Source: a candidate division WOR-3 bacterium
Lineage (GTDB): Bacteria; Hydrothermota; Tepidihabitantia; Tepidihabitantales; Tepidihabitantaceae
Reading direction: 5' to 3'
NCBI GenBank assembly: GCA_039801225.1
Contig: JBDRUH010000001.1
Span: 1,767-65,766, forward strand
DNA length: 64,000 nt
The translations under genes and the position numbers were made by a program. Below, one piece after another: positions 9,872 to 19,256 of this stretch. Under the pieces are notes generated by a model. It did no database searches. It had not been told where the DNA came from and saw only the letters and a program-made list of their open reading frames with translations. Position 1 is the stretch's first letter. The number at the start of each line of letters is the position of its first letter.

Positions 9872-12022
9872 TCACTCCAAAAGGAGCAGTTTATGCACCC
9901 CGTTAACCCCTTTTCCCAATAACCGGATGAAATATAATCCTGCTGGCACTCGCCTTCCCGAATTGTCAGTAAAGTCCCAAACCAAACCAGACCCGGATGG
10001 CTTTAATGCCCGCACCTTTTCCCCGGTAATATCATAAATCTCCAAGACAACCAGCGGAGAAAGACTGAGGACAACCGGTGCCGAACCTATCCTCCAAACT
10101 GTCGGCTGTCGGCTGGCGGCTGGCGGCCATCGGCCGTCATCTGACGGGTTCTCCTCCACCCCTGGGTTGAACCTGATCCAGAATGACCAGGATGTGCTAA
10201 AATCGCCCCAGCCAAAACGATTATAGCCTTTGCAAAACCATTTGTAAGACTTACCATAGGTAAAAAGGTTGTCGGGAAGAGAACAACAAGGGACAGTTGT
10301 TACCGCCCGCCAGATGGTGTCGCCCGCACCATAAACAACCCGGAAACAGAAACTGTCCAAATCATTACGGGTGGTATCAACTAATAGGACAACCGGCGGC
10401 GAGAAAAGCTGCTGACCGTTTGGCGGTGCGAGATGTTTCGGTGGCAGCGCACCACGAATCAACTTAAAACAGCCAAAAGTCCCATCTGCCGACATCAGGG
10501 TTCCATTCCGATACTGTCGCAAGCGAAGGCGGAAGGAGTCGCCAGAAGGAAGTTCTGGGCTGACGAACCAGTTATAAACACCGGTATCAGGCACACTATC
10601 AAGAAAATTCCAGGTCCTGCCGGCATTGAAGGAAATATCTATTGCTACCCAGTCTGCCGGATTGCCAAAGTTGTCCCATCGCACCAAAACGGTATCTCCA
10701 ATAAATAGTGTCTCGCCCTTGCCCAGTGAGTTGTAAAAGGTGTCTCCGAGTGGGTAAAGAAGTTCCAGTTTATATGCATCCGCACCATTGGGATGGGGCG
10801 ACCCGATATGGGAGTTGTCTTCACCGGAATAGTGCCACCACTCCGCCGGTTTCCACCAGGTGTTGTGGACATACAGGTCCTTTTCCGGTGTGCGATAGCC
10901 ATAAGCGGCTAAAGAGTGAATCGCCCAGGTTGCTGACCAGACAAAGGCATAACCATCGTCAATTTCATTAACAATCCTCTCCCAGGCCCAGTCGTTTGCC
11001 GGCGTGCCTAGGTCCTGAATAACCTCAAAGGAGTAGCCATTGTCATAGGCAACCAGCCAGAGCCCTGGGGCGACCGCCGGGATACTCGTTGCCCCTCGGG
11101 TTGTGTCGGTGCTCATCCTTATGGCGCACTCCCGCTGGACATTGGGAATCTGCTTGTCCCATTCACCTTCCACCATATCCCAGCGCATCCAGAACCAGTC
11201 AACCAACCGACCATAATTCTGGCTCTTATCAATATATCCCATAACCATTGCTGCCGCAGTGGGTGTGCAGCCATAACTCCAGTCGTAAAATGGCGCCTTG
11301 TCCGCATCGGGGACAAATACGGCGGTAAACTTACTAAAGTCCCGATTCAATGCCTCTGCCCACTCCTGTTGGTGAATCTCCGCCGCAAGTCTCTTTTCCT
11401 CATTGTCCAGGTTTGCCTTTTTCTTTAAATCGGCGATGTGGTTAACAAATTCTTCCCGGGAACAAAAGGTCTGTTCAAAATGAGGGGTGAATATTACCCG
11501 CTCTTTAGAGGAATTGGCAAACTCAAGAAAGGTGACCGGCATAATAAAATAAATCCGGCAGAGGTAAACATCTTCACCAAGAACAGCCTTCGCCCGTTTC
11601 AGACCTTCGGGGACCACCGCGTAGAACTCGGAAGTACCATAGCCATAACAGACAATTGGCGGTCGGTCGTAACGGGCAGAAATTAGTAGATGGCTGTATT
11701 TTGAACGCCATTTGGTCAAATCGGTATTGGCGGTCAGGTTTTCCTTTTCGGCAATAATGTCTTTAACCACTTCATCATAATCGGGAAATTCCTTGCCATC
11801 GGTGCGAAAGTGAAACATATAACCGGCGGTCTGACCTTCCTCGTCCACATAAGGAATAATTGTTCCGAGTCGGCATCCCGGCCATTCCGCCTGTGCCTTA
11901 CGCAGAGCAATCTCTTTAATAGTCTCAAATGGCACCGCATTGGGTGGTGTTGAGCCCACTTCCGGCAGAGAAATTGCCCAGAGTGCGCCTAAACTAAAAA
12001 CCAATATTAAAAACAGCCTCAT
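9872..12022 (-). CDS. T9SS-secreted protein with a C39-like/papain-like cysteine peptidase-like domain
   Basis: N-terminal signal peptide. The C-terminus (YDITGEKVRALKPSG...GLYFIRLLGKGVNGVHKLLLLE) matches the type-A T9SS C-terminal sorting domain. Internal Cys motif DWSYGCTPTAAAMVMGY resembles the catalytic Cys motif of C39-type peptidases. The domain call is tentative. Confidence 0.65.
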   Translation of the reverse strand: MRLFLILVFSLGALWAISLPEVGSTPPNAVPFETIKEIALRKAQAEWPGCRLGTIIPYVDEEGQTAGYMFHFRTDGKEFPDYDEVVKDIIAEKENLTANTDLTKWRSKYSHLLISARYDRPPIVCYGYGTSEFYAVVPEGLKRAKAVLGEDVYLCRIYFIMPVTFLEFANSSKERVIFTPHFEQTFCSREEFVNHIADLKKKANLDNEEKRLAAEIHQQEWAEALNRDFSKFTAVFVPDADKAPFYDWSYGCTPTAAAMVMGYIDKSQNYGRLVDWFWMRWDMVEGEWDKQIPNVQRECAIRMSTDTTRGATSIPAVAPGLWLVAYDNGYSFEVIQDLGTPANDWAWERIVNEIDDGYAFVWSATWAIHSLAAYGYRTPEKDLYVHNTWWKPAEWWHYSGEDNSHIGSPHPNGADAYKLELLYPLGDTFYNSLGKGETLFIGDTVLVRWDNFGNPADWVAIDISFNAGRTWNFLDSVPDTGVYNWFVSPELPSGDSFRLRLRQYRNGTLMSADGTFGCFKLIRGALPPKHLAPPNGQQLFSPPVVLLVDTTRNDLDSFCFRVVYGAGDTIWRAVTTVPCCSLPDNLFTYGKSYKWFCKGYNRFGWGDFSTSWSFWIRFNPGVEENPSDDGRWPPAASRQPTVWRIGSAPVVLSLSPLVVLEIYDITGEKVRALKPSGSGLVWDFTDNSGRRVPAGLYFIRLLGKGVNGVHKLLLLE

Positions 12023-12150
12023 TTTTTTCTCCTTTCTAATAATTTAGAATAAAGATTAATTTTATCTTATCTTCTCCCCCTGTCAAAAAGGAGAATGGAG
12101 AAGCGCCGACCTGCGAAGTCCAAACGGTGATCTCCAAAATGAAGGGTCCA

Positions 12151-13545
12151 TCAAACAAAAGCGCTTATCAGCGCTTCGGCTACAATGGGAATTTCATCCG
12201 AGCGGATGGTGCGAAAGTCTAAGAGATATTCCCCCTTTTCTATTCGCCCGAAGACCGGCGGACGGTAAAACCGCATCCGCTGTGCCAGTTCCTCCACCTT
12301 AATTTTTTTCGGTTTTATCGCCAAAACCCTTGACTCCAGACTCTCGGTCGCCAGCGAGCCACCCCCAACCTCGGCTTTTGCCGGCTTGATTTCCAAATCC
12401 GCCTGGTCGCCAATTTTGTCTTTTACCAAAATCAAAAGTTCATTAGCCCCTTTTTCCATTTCCGGCAGTGGCTTTAAGAGAATCTGTATCAAGGGATGCT
12501 CTTTTATCACCCGCTCCTCATCCAAAAAAAGTTCCAGTGTTCGCTCTAAAACTGCATAGGTAAGTTTACCACAGCGCAATGCCCGGGTTAATGGATTTTT
12601 CTTCATCCGGTCAATCAGGTCTCTACGGCCGACAATTATTCCCGCCTGACTGCCTCCGATCAGTTTGTCCCCGGAAAAACAGACGATATCGGCACCGGTA
12701 GCAATTGATTCAGCCACCACCGGCTCCTTCGGCAGTCCATATTTGGAAAGGTCAATCAGTGCTCCAGACCCGAGGTCATCAATCACCACAATGTTGTGTC
12801 GTCTACCAAGTTGAACCAGTTCCTCAAGTGGCACCTCCTTGGTAAACCCGATAATCCGATAATTGGAGGTGTGAACCCGGAGGAGCACCGCAGTATCCGG
12901 CGAGATGGCATCTTCGTAGTCCCGAAGGTGGGTGCGATTGGTCGTGCCCACTTCGACCATACGGCAACCGCTCTGTTGCATAACTTCAGGAATCCGGAAT
13001 GAACCACCAATTTCAATCAACTGACCCCGGGAGACGATAACCTCTTTCCCCTTAGCAATCGTCGAGAGAATTAAAAGTGTTGCGGCACAGTTATTGTTCA
13101 CCACCATTGCCGCTTCGGCACCGGTCAACTCGCACAAAAGCGATTCAATATGGCGATACCTGCTCCCCCGCCGTCCATCCGTCCGATTAATCTCTAAACA
13201 GCAAAAGTTCTCACTTACCTCTACAAGCGCCTTTTGGGCTAACTTAGCAAGAGGTGCCCTTCCTAATCCAGTGTGTAAAACTACACCCAAACCATTGATC
13301 GCCCGACAGAGGCTGGGTTTGAGGTTCTCTTGAAGCCTCATTTCCAATTCGTCAAGGTTGAACTCATCATCCTTCCCCTGTAGAAGTTTCTGCCGAATAT
13401 CCTCCAGATACTCCCGGATAACCCATTTGGCGAGCCGGGGATGCAGTTGACTCAAAATCGGTCGCAGGCGTTCGTCAGAAAGGAGTTTTTCTACCGCCGG
13501 TAACTGCCGGAGTCTTGCCTGACGGTCTTCTTCTCTTATTACCAT
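12151..13545 (-). CDS. selA: L-seryl-tRNA(Sec) selenium transferase (selenocysteine synthase)
   Basis: HTSNYRIIGFTKEV, CFSGDKLIGGSQAGIIVGRRDLI (PLP-Lys region), VVNNNCAATLLIL and the N-terminal LPAVEKLL are SelA hallmarks. Length 464 aa. Confidence 0.85.
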   Translation of the reverse strand: MVIREEDRQARLRQLPAVEKLLSDERLRPILSQLHPRLAKWVIREYLEDIRQKLLQGKDDEFNLDELEMRLQENLKPSLCRAINGLGVVLHTGLGRAPLAKLAQKALVEVSENFCCLEINRTDGRRGSRYRHIESLLCELTGAEAAMVVNNNCAATLLILSTIAKGKEVIVSRGQLIEIGGSFRIPEVMQQSGCRMVEVGTTNRTHLRDYEDAISPDTAVLLRVHTSNYRIIGFTKEVPLEELVQLGRRHNIVVIDDLGSGALIDLSKYGLPKEPVVAESIATGADIVCFSGDKLIGGSQAGIIVGRRDLIDRMKKNPLTRALRCGKLTYAVLERTLELFLDEERVIKEHPLIQILLKPLPEMEKGANELLILVKDKIGDQADLEIKPAKAEVGGGSLATESLESRVLAIKPKKIKVEELAQRMRFYRPPVFGRIEKGEYLLDFRTIRSDEIPIVAEALISAFV

Positions 13546-13548
13546 TGC

Positions 13549-14592
13549 TCAATGGACCAGTTTTTGCCGAATTAATGTCGCCCGACGCTCATCCCGCTCA
13601 CCTTCATCCAGTTTTTCACCTAAGAGAGCCTGCAGATTCGCCGGGCGAATCAAAATTAATAGTTGCGATACCTCGCTTAATTTCAACTCATTTATAATTC
13701 CCAACACCACACCAAGACGAACCATTGTTAAAAGTTCGGTTGCCTCTTCGGTGGAAATAATCCGTGCCCCGCGCAAAGTTCCTAACGCCCGAAAAACCTT
13801 ATCCTCTATCTCAACCCGCAAATGGTGCATCAGATACTCTCGTGCTTTGTATTCATACTCAATCATCTGACGACAGACACCGGTAAGGACATCAATTATT
13901 TCTGCCTCGGACTGACCCAATGTCCTTTTGTTGGAAATTTGAAAGAGATTGCCCCTGATCTCGCTACCCTCACCATAGATACCTCTTATTAAAAGCCCGA
14001 TAGAGTAAACCCCACGCAAAACCTTTTCAATCTCCTGGGTTAATACCAATCCGGGAAGGTGCAGTAAAACCGATGCCCGCATACCGGTGCCCAAATTGCT
14101 GGGACAGGTGGTAAGAAACCCCCAATCATTAGAAAAGGCATAGGCAAGTTGACCCTCCAACTTTTCATCCATCGCTGCTACCTTTTGAAAAGCGGTGGCA
14201 AAATCCAAACCGGATGCGAGCGCCTGAAACCGGAGATGGTCCTCTTCGTTTATCATCAGACTGAGCGTCTCATCAAAAGAAGCGAAAAGACCTTTTTTGC
14301 GTTTACCGACAACGAAATCTGGGGAAGCAAGGTGGCGTTCAACAAAGTAAAACCCTTCTGGCTCATTCAGCGAACCATCCTCCCAAAACAGCCCCTCCTT
14401 CAAGTAACCAGTCTCTTTTAATACCCAGCGGATCGTTTTTAGAACCCTTTCCTCTTCATCTGGTTTCATTCTTTCCGGAAAGGGCACATCAGCCAGGTTG
14501 CGGGCAAAACGGACCCGGCTGGAAATAACCACATCCGACTCCGGTCCGGTCGCCGCAAGCCAGGCGCCAACCTTCTCAGGTATCAACCTCAT
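13549..14592 (-). CDS. mcsB: Protein arginine kinase McsB (ATP:guanido phosphotransferase)
   Basis: Phosphagen-kinase signature FLTTCPSNLGTGMRASVLLHLPGL (CP.NLGT motif). Length 347 aa. Confidence 0.8.
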   Translation of the reverse strand: MRLIPEKVGAWLAATGPESDVVISSRVRFARNLADVPFPERMKPDEEERVLKTIRWVLKETGYLKEGLFWEDGSLNEPEGFYFVERHLASPDFVVGKRKKGLFASFDETLSLMINEEDHLRFQALASGLDFATAFQKVAAMDEKLEGQLAYAFSNDWGFLTTCPSNLGTGMRASVLLHLPGLVLTQEIEKVLRGVYSIGLLIRGIYGEGSEIRGNLFQISNKRTLGQSEAEIIDVLTGVCRQMIEYEYKAREYLMHHLRVEIEDKVFRALGTLRGARIISTEEATELLTMVRLGVVLGIINELKLSEVSQLLILIRPANLQALLGEKLDEGERDERRATLIRQKLVH

Positions 14593-15079
14593 TCTCTGTC
14601 TGTCTCAACAGGTCGCGTAAGGCTGCGGCTCGCTCATAGTCTTCTTCTTTTATCGCCGCATCCAACTCCGCGCGCAGCCGTTGCACCTCAAGCCGTTCTT
14701 GCGCCTTCTTCCTTCCTTTATTCGGCTCCTTACCTGTGTGACGAATTGAACCGTGGATTCGCCGGATTACCTGCTTTAACTCCTGTTCAAATGCGTTATA
14801 ACAATTCGCACACCCTAACCTGCCCCGGCGCTTAAACTCAGAGAAACTTAACCCGCAGGATGGACAGGTAAAATTTCGGCTTTCGGCTCTCGGCTCTCGG
14901 CTATCGGCCTCTTCTTTCTTGGGTGCGGTCTTCTCCACGCCGGAAAGCCCCCTTTTCCTGCCGCAGTCGGCGCAAATCATTAGTTCCACCGCATTCCCTT
15001 CCTTATCCAACACCTTCACCAAAACTATTCCTGGGTTCTTCCCGCAAAAATCACACAGTTTCATTGTGTAGTTCTCCAT
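14576..15079 (-). CDS. mcsA: McsA-like activator of protein arginine kinase (zinc-finger plus UVR domain)
   Basis: Two CxxC pairs (CDFCGKN...CADCGRK; CPSCG...CANCY) and a C-terminal UvrB/C-like motif (EDYERAAALRDLLRQ). Overlaps mcsB by 17 nt. Start may be the MKLCDF Met at 15064. Confidence 0.7.
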   Translation of the reverse strand: MENYTMKLCDFCGKNPGIVLVKVLDKEGNAVELMICADCGRKRGLSGVEKTAPKKEEADSREPRAESRNFTCPSCGLSFSEFKRRGRLGCANCYNAFEQELKQVIRRIHGSIRHTGKEPNKGRKKAQERLEVQRLRAELDAAIKEEDYERAAALRDLLRQTENEVDT

Positions 15080-15737
15080 CTTTAAGCACTAAGCGACGAT
15101 CCGCCCCGCGGGCAACCATCTCATTATGGGTTACCACTAAAATCGTTTTACCCCTTTCTTTGCTTAACCGCACCAATAGATTGAGTAAAGCCACTGACGA
15201 CCTTGAGTCCAAGTTGCCGGTGGGCTCATCAGCAAATACTATTACCGGCTCATTAACCAGCGCCCGTGCCACCGCTACCAACGCCTTTTCTCCACCCGAA
15301 AGTTCTGCCGGTCGGTGTCTCATTCTATAAGTAAACCCAATCTCTTCCAGCACTTCCTCGGCCTTAACAAATGCCATCCGTCGTTCAACCCCGGCGACGA
15401 GTAAAGGTATTGCGACATTCTCTAAGACAGTAAACTCGGCCAGAAGGTGGTGAAATTGAAAAACAAACCCGACCTTCTGGTTGCGGAATGCCGGCAACTT
15501 AGAATCAGGATAACTGAAAATGTCAAAAGAATCAAGCAGCACCTTCCCTTTATCGGGACGGTCAAGTCCGCCAAGGATATGCAAGAGGGTCGATTTGCCC
15601 GAGCCCGATGGTCCGACAATCGCCACCAGTTCGCCCTGACGCACCTCTAAGTTCACCCCGCGCAACACCTCCAGCCGCTCCGGACCGGTTTGGAAACTGC
15701 GCCAGATATTCTCCGCCTTTAGCACGCAATCACTCAT
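15051..15737 (-). CDS. lolD: ABC transporter ATP-binding protein, LolD/MacB family
   Basis: Walker A GPSGSGKST, signature LSGGEKA, Walker B VIVFADEPTGNLD. Followed by a LolC/E-type permease. Confidence 0.8.
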   Translation of the reverse strand: MSDCVLKAENIWRSFQTGPERLEVLRGVNLEVRQGELVAIVGPSGSGKSTLLHILGGLDRPDKGKVLLDSFDIFSYPDSKLPAFRNQKVGFVFQFHHLLAEFTVLENVAIPLLVAGVERRMAFVKAEEVLEEIGFTYRMRHRPAELSGGEKALVAVARALVNEPVIVFADEPTGNLDSRSSVALLNLLVRLSKERGKTILVVTHNEMVARGADRRLVLKDGELHNETV

Positions 15738-16950
15738 AACGAATCGCCTCTACCGGTTCCAGCCTTGCCGCCCGATATGCCGGATATATTGTCGCCACAA
15801 ATGTGATTAAGAGCGCCGAGGCACAGACAACGACAAAATCCTGCCACTGCATCTGCACCGGCAAATTCTTGATAAAATAAACATCACCCGGTAAGTTGAC
15901 AAACCGATACCGGTTTAAAAGACCTGAGATAACAAATCCAAATAGTGCGCCCAGAGCAGTACCCATTACTCCGATGCCAACCCCGGCGAGGATAAATATC
16001 TTAGTTATACTTGCCGATTTTGCGCCCATCGTTTTAAGAATGCCAATTTCTTTAGTTTTTCTTATTACCAGCATCGTCAGCATTCCCACAATATTAAATG
16101 CCGCCACAAGGACAATCAATACCAAAACGATGAAAGTTACCACCTTCTCCAAACGCAGAGCGGTAAAAATATTACGATTCTGTAGAATCCAGTCCGTAGC
16201 GCGAAAAGGCGCCCCTAAATCCAAAGCGATTCTTTTTGCCGTCCGGCCGGCATTATCCACATCAGCTACCCGAACCTCATAGCCGTTTATTTTACCCACC
16301 ATACCCAAAAACTCCTGCAACTCCGTCAGTCCGGCAAAAACAAAACTGGCGTTATACTCATACATACCGGCGTCAAAAATCCCGTTTACCCTGAAGGTCT
16401 TGGTTCGCGGTAGATAACCCAATGGTGTTGTGGTCCCGGAAAAAGGTGACGCAATCACCAACCGATCCCCGACAAAAAGTCCCAACATTCTTGCCAGTTC
16501 TATGCCAATCACCACGCCAAGAGAGTCAAAAGAAAAATCCCCTTCAACTACCATCCGAGAAATATCGGTCAACTCACCGCTTAATTTCGGGTCAACCCCG
16601 CGCACCACGCCACCCTCAACCACTGAACCCGCCCGCATCAGCACCTTAGCGTAGAGAAAAGGTGCCACCTGCACCACCCCCGGCACCCTTTTTATCTTCG
16701 CCACAATTGTATCCCCCTCACCCTGATACTCAATGGGTTTGTAACCAAACTGGGCAACAACAATATGGGGTGAGGCGCCCAAGATTCTATCGCGCAACTC
16801 CTTGTGGAAACCATTTTCCACCGAAAGGACGATGATAATTGCCGCCACCCCAACAAAAACCCCTCCGGTGGCAATTGCGGTCGTCCCGGAGAGAAACCGC
16901 CTTCCCTTTCCTTGAAGATAACGCCGGGCAACAAAAAACTCAAAGGACAT
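15730..16950 (-). CDS. lolE: Lipoprotein-releasing system permease LolC/LolE family (FtsX-like)
   Basis: 406 aa with an N-terminal TM, a large periplasmic domain and a C-terminal FtsX-type 3-TM bundle. Overlaps lolD by 8 nt. Confidence 0.8.
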   Translation of the reverse strand: MSFEFFVARRYLQGKGRRFLSGTTAIATGGVFVGVAAIIIVLSVENGFHKELRDRILGASPHIVVAQFGYKPIEYQGEGDTIVAKIKRVPGVVQVAPFLYAKVLMRAGSVVEGGVVRGVDPKLSGELTDISRMVVEGDFSFDSLGVVIGIELARMLGLFVGDRLVIASPFSGTTTPLGYLPRTKTFRVNGIFDAGMYEYNASFVFAGLTELQEFLGMVGKINGYEVRVADVDNAGRTAKRIALDLGAPFRATDWILQNRNIFTALRLEKVVTFIVLVLIVLVAAFNIVGMLTMLVIRKTKEIGILKTMGAKSASITKIFILAGVGIGVMGTALGALFGFVISGLLNRYRFVNLPGDVYFIKNLPVQMQWQDFVVVCASALLITFVATIYPAYRAARLEPVEAIRYE

Positions 16951-16953
16951 ATT

Positions 16954-18444
16954 TCACCTGTCGGCTGATTGCCGTCGGCTCTCGGTCTTCAACTGGGGAA
17001 AGAGAATCACATCCCGAATAGAATCTTGATTGGTAAAAAGCATCACCAGCCGGTCAATACCTATTCCCAAACCGCCAGTTGGCGGCATTCCATATTCCAG
17101 AGCAAGGCAGTAGTCCTCATCTAAGGTGGCAAACTCCTCCTGTCGTTTCATCCCCTCCTCAAACCGTACCCTTTGTTCCAACGGGTCATTCAACTCACTG
17201 AATGCATTTCCCAACTCCATCCCACAGACTACCGGTTCAAACCTCTCTACTAAACGGGGATTATCCCGATGGGACTTGGCTAATGGCGTCGTCTCCTTGG
17301 GATGGTCAATAACAAATGTTGGCTGGACAATTTTATCCTGGACCAACTCACTAAACAACTTGTCCAAAACCTTTGCCCTTGATGTTTTAGGGTTTATCTC
17401 AATGCCTGAGCGGGTAGCAATTTTATAAAGTTCCTCGTCCTGTAATTCCAATGGATTGACACCCAGTTTTTCCTCCAGCGCCTCAACAAACCTTAACCGT
17501 TGCCAGGGTTTACCAAAATCAATCTTCTGACCGGCAAAATCAATCTCTGTTCTCTGATACAACCCCAACGCCAGAAACTTAAACATCTCCTCAACCAGCC
17601 CCATCATATCCTGATAATCGGCATAAGCCTGGTAAAGTTCCAGTTGGGTAAACTCCGGGTTGTGAAACCGGTCCAGCCCCTCGTTGCGGAAATCCTTTCC
17701 TATCTCATAGACCTTTTCCAATCCCCCGACAATCAACCGCTTCAGATACAACTCGTCCGAAATGCGCAAAAAGAACTCCTTTTCCAAAACATTGTAATAA
17801 GTTTGAAAAGGTCTTGCCGCCGCCCCACCGTAAATTGGCTGGAGAATTGGTGTTTCCACCTCAATAAACCCCCGGCTATCTAAAAAATTCTGGAGCAGTC
17901 GGACAATTTTAAAACGGAGCAAAAAAACTTGCTTTGACTCCTGATTTACCAATAGGTCAAGATACCTTTGCCGATACCGTGTCTCAATGTCTCTCAAACC
18001 ATGGAACTTCTCCGGCAACGGCCGCAATGACTTCGCCAATAACCTCCACTCCCGGATGTGAATGGTAATCTCCCCGGTTTTAGTTTTAAACACCTCACCT
18101 CTTAACCCTAAAATATCACCGATATCTAACAGTTCCAACATTTTAAAAACCTCTGTCCCCAGGGTGTCCTGCCGGAAATAAACCTGCACCTTTCCCTTTT
18201 CGTCCTGGATGTGACCAAACTGGGTTTTACCGTGAATCCGCCGTGATATGAGCCTTCCCGCAACACTCACCTGAGTCTGGGATTGACTCAACTCTTCAAA
18301 ACCCTCAATCACCTCTTGGGTGGTGTGCGTCCGCTTGTAATGATAGGCATAAGGCAAAACACCCATTTTGCGCAACTGGCTCAACTTCTCCAGTCGCACC
18401 TCATAGCCACTCTCGCAGGGTTGATGTTTTTCCACTTCACTCAT
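16954..18444 (-). CDS. lysS: Lysine--tRNA ligase (class II)
   Basis: FIEVETPILQPIYGGAAARPF, DFRNEGLDRFHNPEFTQLELYQAYADY, and the C-terminal GGLGIGIDRLVM. Confidence 0.9.
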   Translation of the reverse strand: MSEVEKHQPCESGYEVRLEKLSQLRKMGVLPYAYHYKRTHTTQEVIEGFEELSQSQTQVSVAGRLISRRIHGKTQFGHIQDEKGKVQVYFRQDTLGTEVFKMLELLDIGDILGLRGEVFKTKTGEITIHIREWRLLAKSLRPLPEKFHGLRDIETRYRQRYLDLLVNQESKQVFLLRFKIVRLLQNFLDSRGFIEVETPILQPIYGGAAARPFQTYYNVLEKEFFLRISDELYLKRLIVGGLEKVYEIGKDFRNEGLDRFHNPEFTQLELYQAYADYQDMMGLVEEMFKFLALGLYQRTEIDFAGQKIDFGKPWQRLRFVEALEEKLGVNPLELQDEELYKIATRSGIEINPKTSRAKVLDKLFSELVQDKIVQPTFVIDHPKETTPLAKSHRDNPRLVERFEPVVCGMELGNAFSELNDPLEQRVRFEEGMKRQEEFATLDEDYCLALEYGMPPTGGLGIGIDRLVMLFTNQDSIRDVILFPQLKTESRRQSADR

Positions 18445-18661
18445 CGGGGTTAACTATAACTTCCATTCCGCTTCAAGTCAAAAACCACAGAACAGATTAT
18501 GAGAAACCCTAAATCCGAAATCCTAAATTCTAAACAAGTTCAAAGCACAAATGTTCTAAATCCAAAATGTTTTGATAATTGGGATTTTGGTATTAGAAAT
18601 TGTTTAGGATTTAGTGCTTTGAAATTAGGATTTATTAATCTCCTTGCGGTAAAGGAAAAGG

Positions 18662-19243
18662 TTGTTAAAATATGTGTTGATGAGAGTGGCTTCCCAATTC
18701 AAAAAATACCGGGATTCCGAGGGTGGTTTGGCAAAAATTAGCCTTACTGAACGAATGAAAATGTCCTGGCGACGCCAGAACTACTGGCTTACAGTGGTAA
18801 TCCTGACAGTTATAGGTGGAACTATGATGCTATTAGTACCCAACAGAAAAAGAGAATTTTCCACATTGCCCAGACCGGAAACTTCTCCCCCGGATTATAA
18901 GATTCTATGGGTGAAAGAGACGCCGATAGAAGGAAAGGAAGGGTTGACGGTTGGCGGGTTAATAAAACCCGGATTAAACTCCAATGACCTTCGCATAGTT
19001 CTGGACTGGGTTTTGTTCTCAGTTTTAGATGACTACAACCGAATAAAGCGTCGGAATATCAGAGTAATTTGGGCGTATCTTTATGAAGATGCCGGCGCCG
19101 GTTTGGCTAATTGGCGGGCGATGGCGGTTTGGGTTGACCCAAAACTGCCGAAAAAACACCATCCTACCGCTGCCCGGATAGGTGGTGATGCAATAAAAAA
19201 AGGTCCGGTAGAATACGACTTTACCAATCCAATTATAAAATAA
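18662..19243 (+). CDS. Hypothetical single-pass membrane protein
   Basis: TM helix WLTVVILTVIGGTMMLLV. Alternative start at ATG 18755 (MKMSWRRQ). No family recognised. Confidence 0.5.
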   Translation: MLKYVLMRVASQFKKYRDSEGGLAKISLTERMKMSWRRQNYWLTVVILTVIGGTMMLLVPNRKREFSTLPRPETSPPDYKILWVKETPIEGKEGLTVGGLIKPGLNSNDLRIVLDWVLFSVLDDYNRIKRRNIRVIWAYLYEDAGAGLANWRAMAVWVDPKLPKKHHPTAARIGGDAIKKGPVEYDFTNPIIK

Positions 19244-19256
19244 AAGGGGGTGAAAA

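Noticed and set aside
9789-10037. 82-aa ORF overlapping tRNA-Asp
   Set aside because: It overlaps a confidently folded tRNA and the 3' end of a large minus-strand gene. Artefactual.
12060-12150. Candidate tRNA-Sec / structured RNA between selA and the upstream cargo gene
   Set aside because: It could not be folded into a tRNA-Sec cloverleaf: no UCA anticodon loop and no T-loop consensus. It is more likely just the selA 3' UTR or a terminator.
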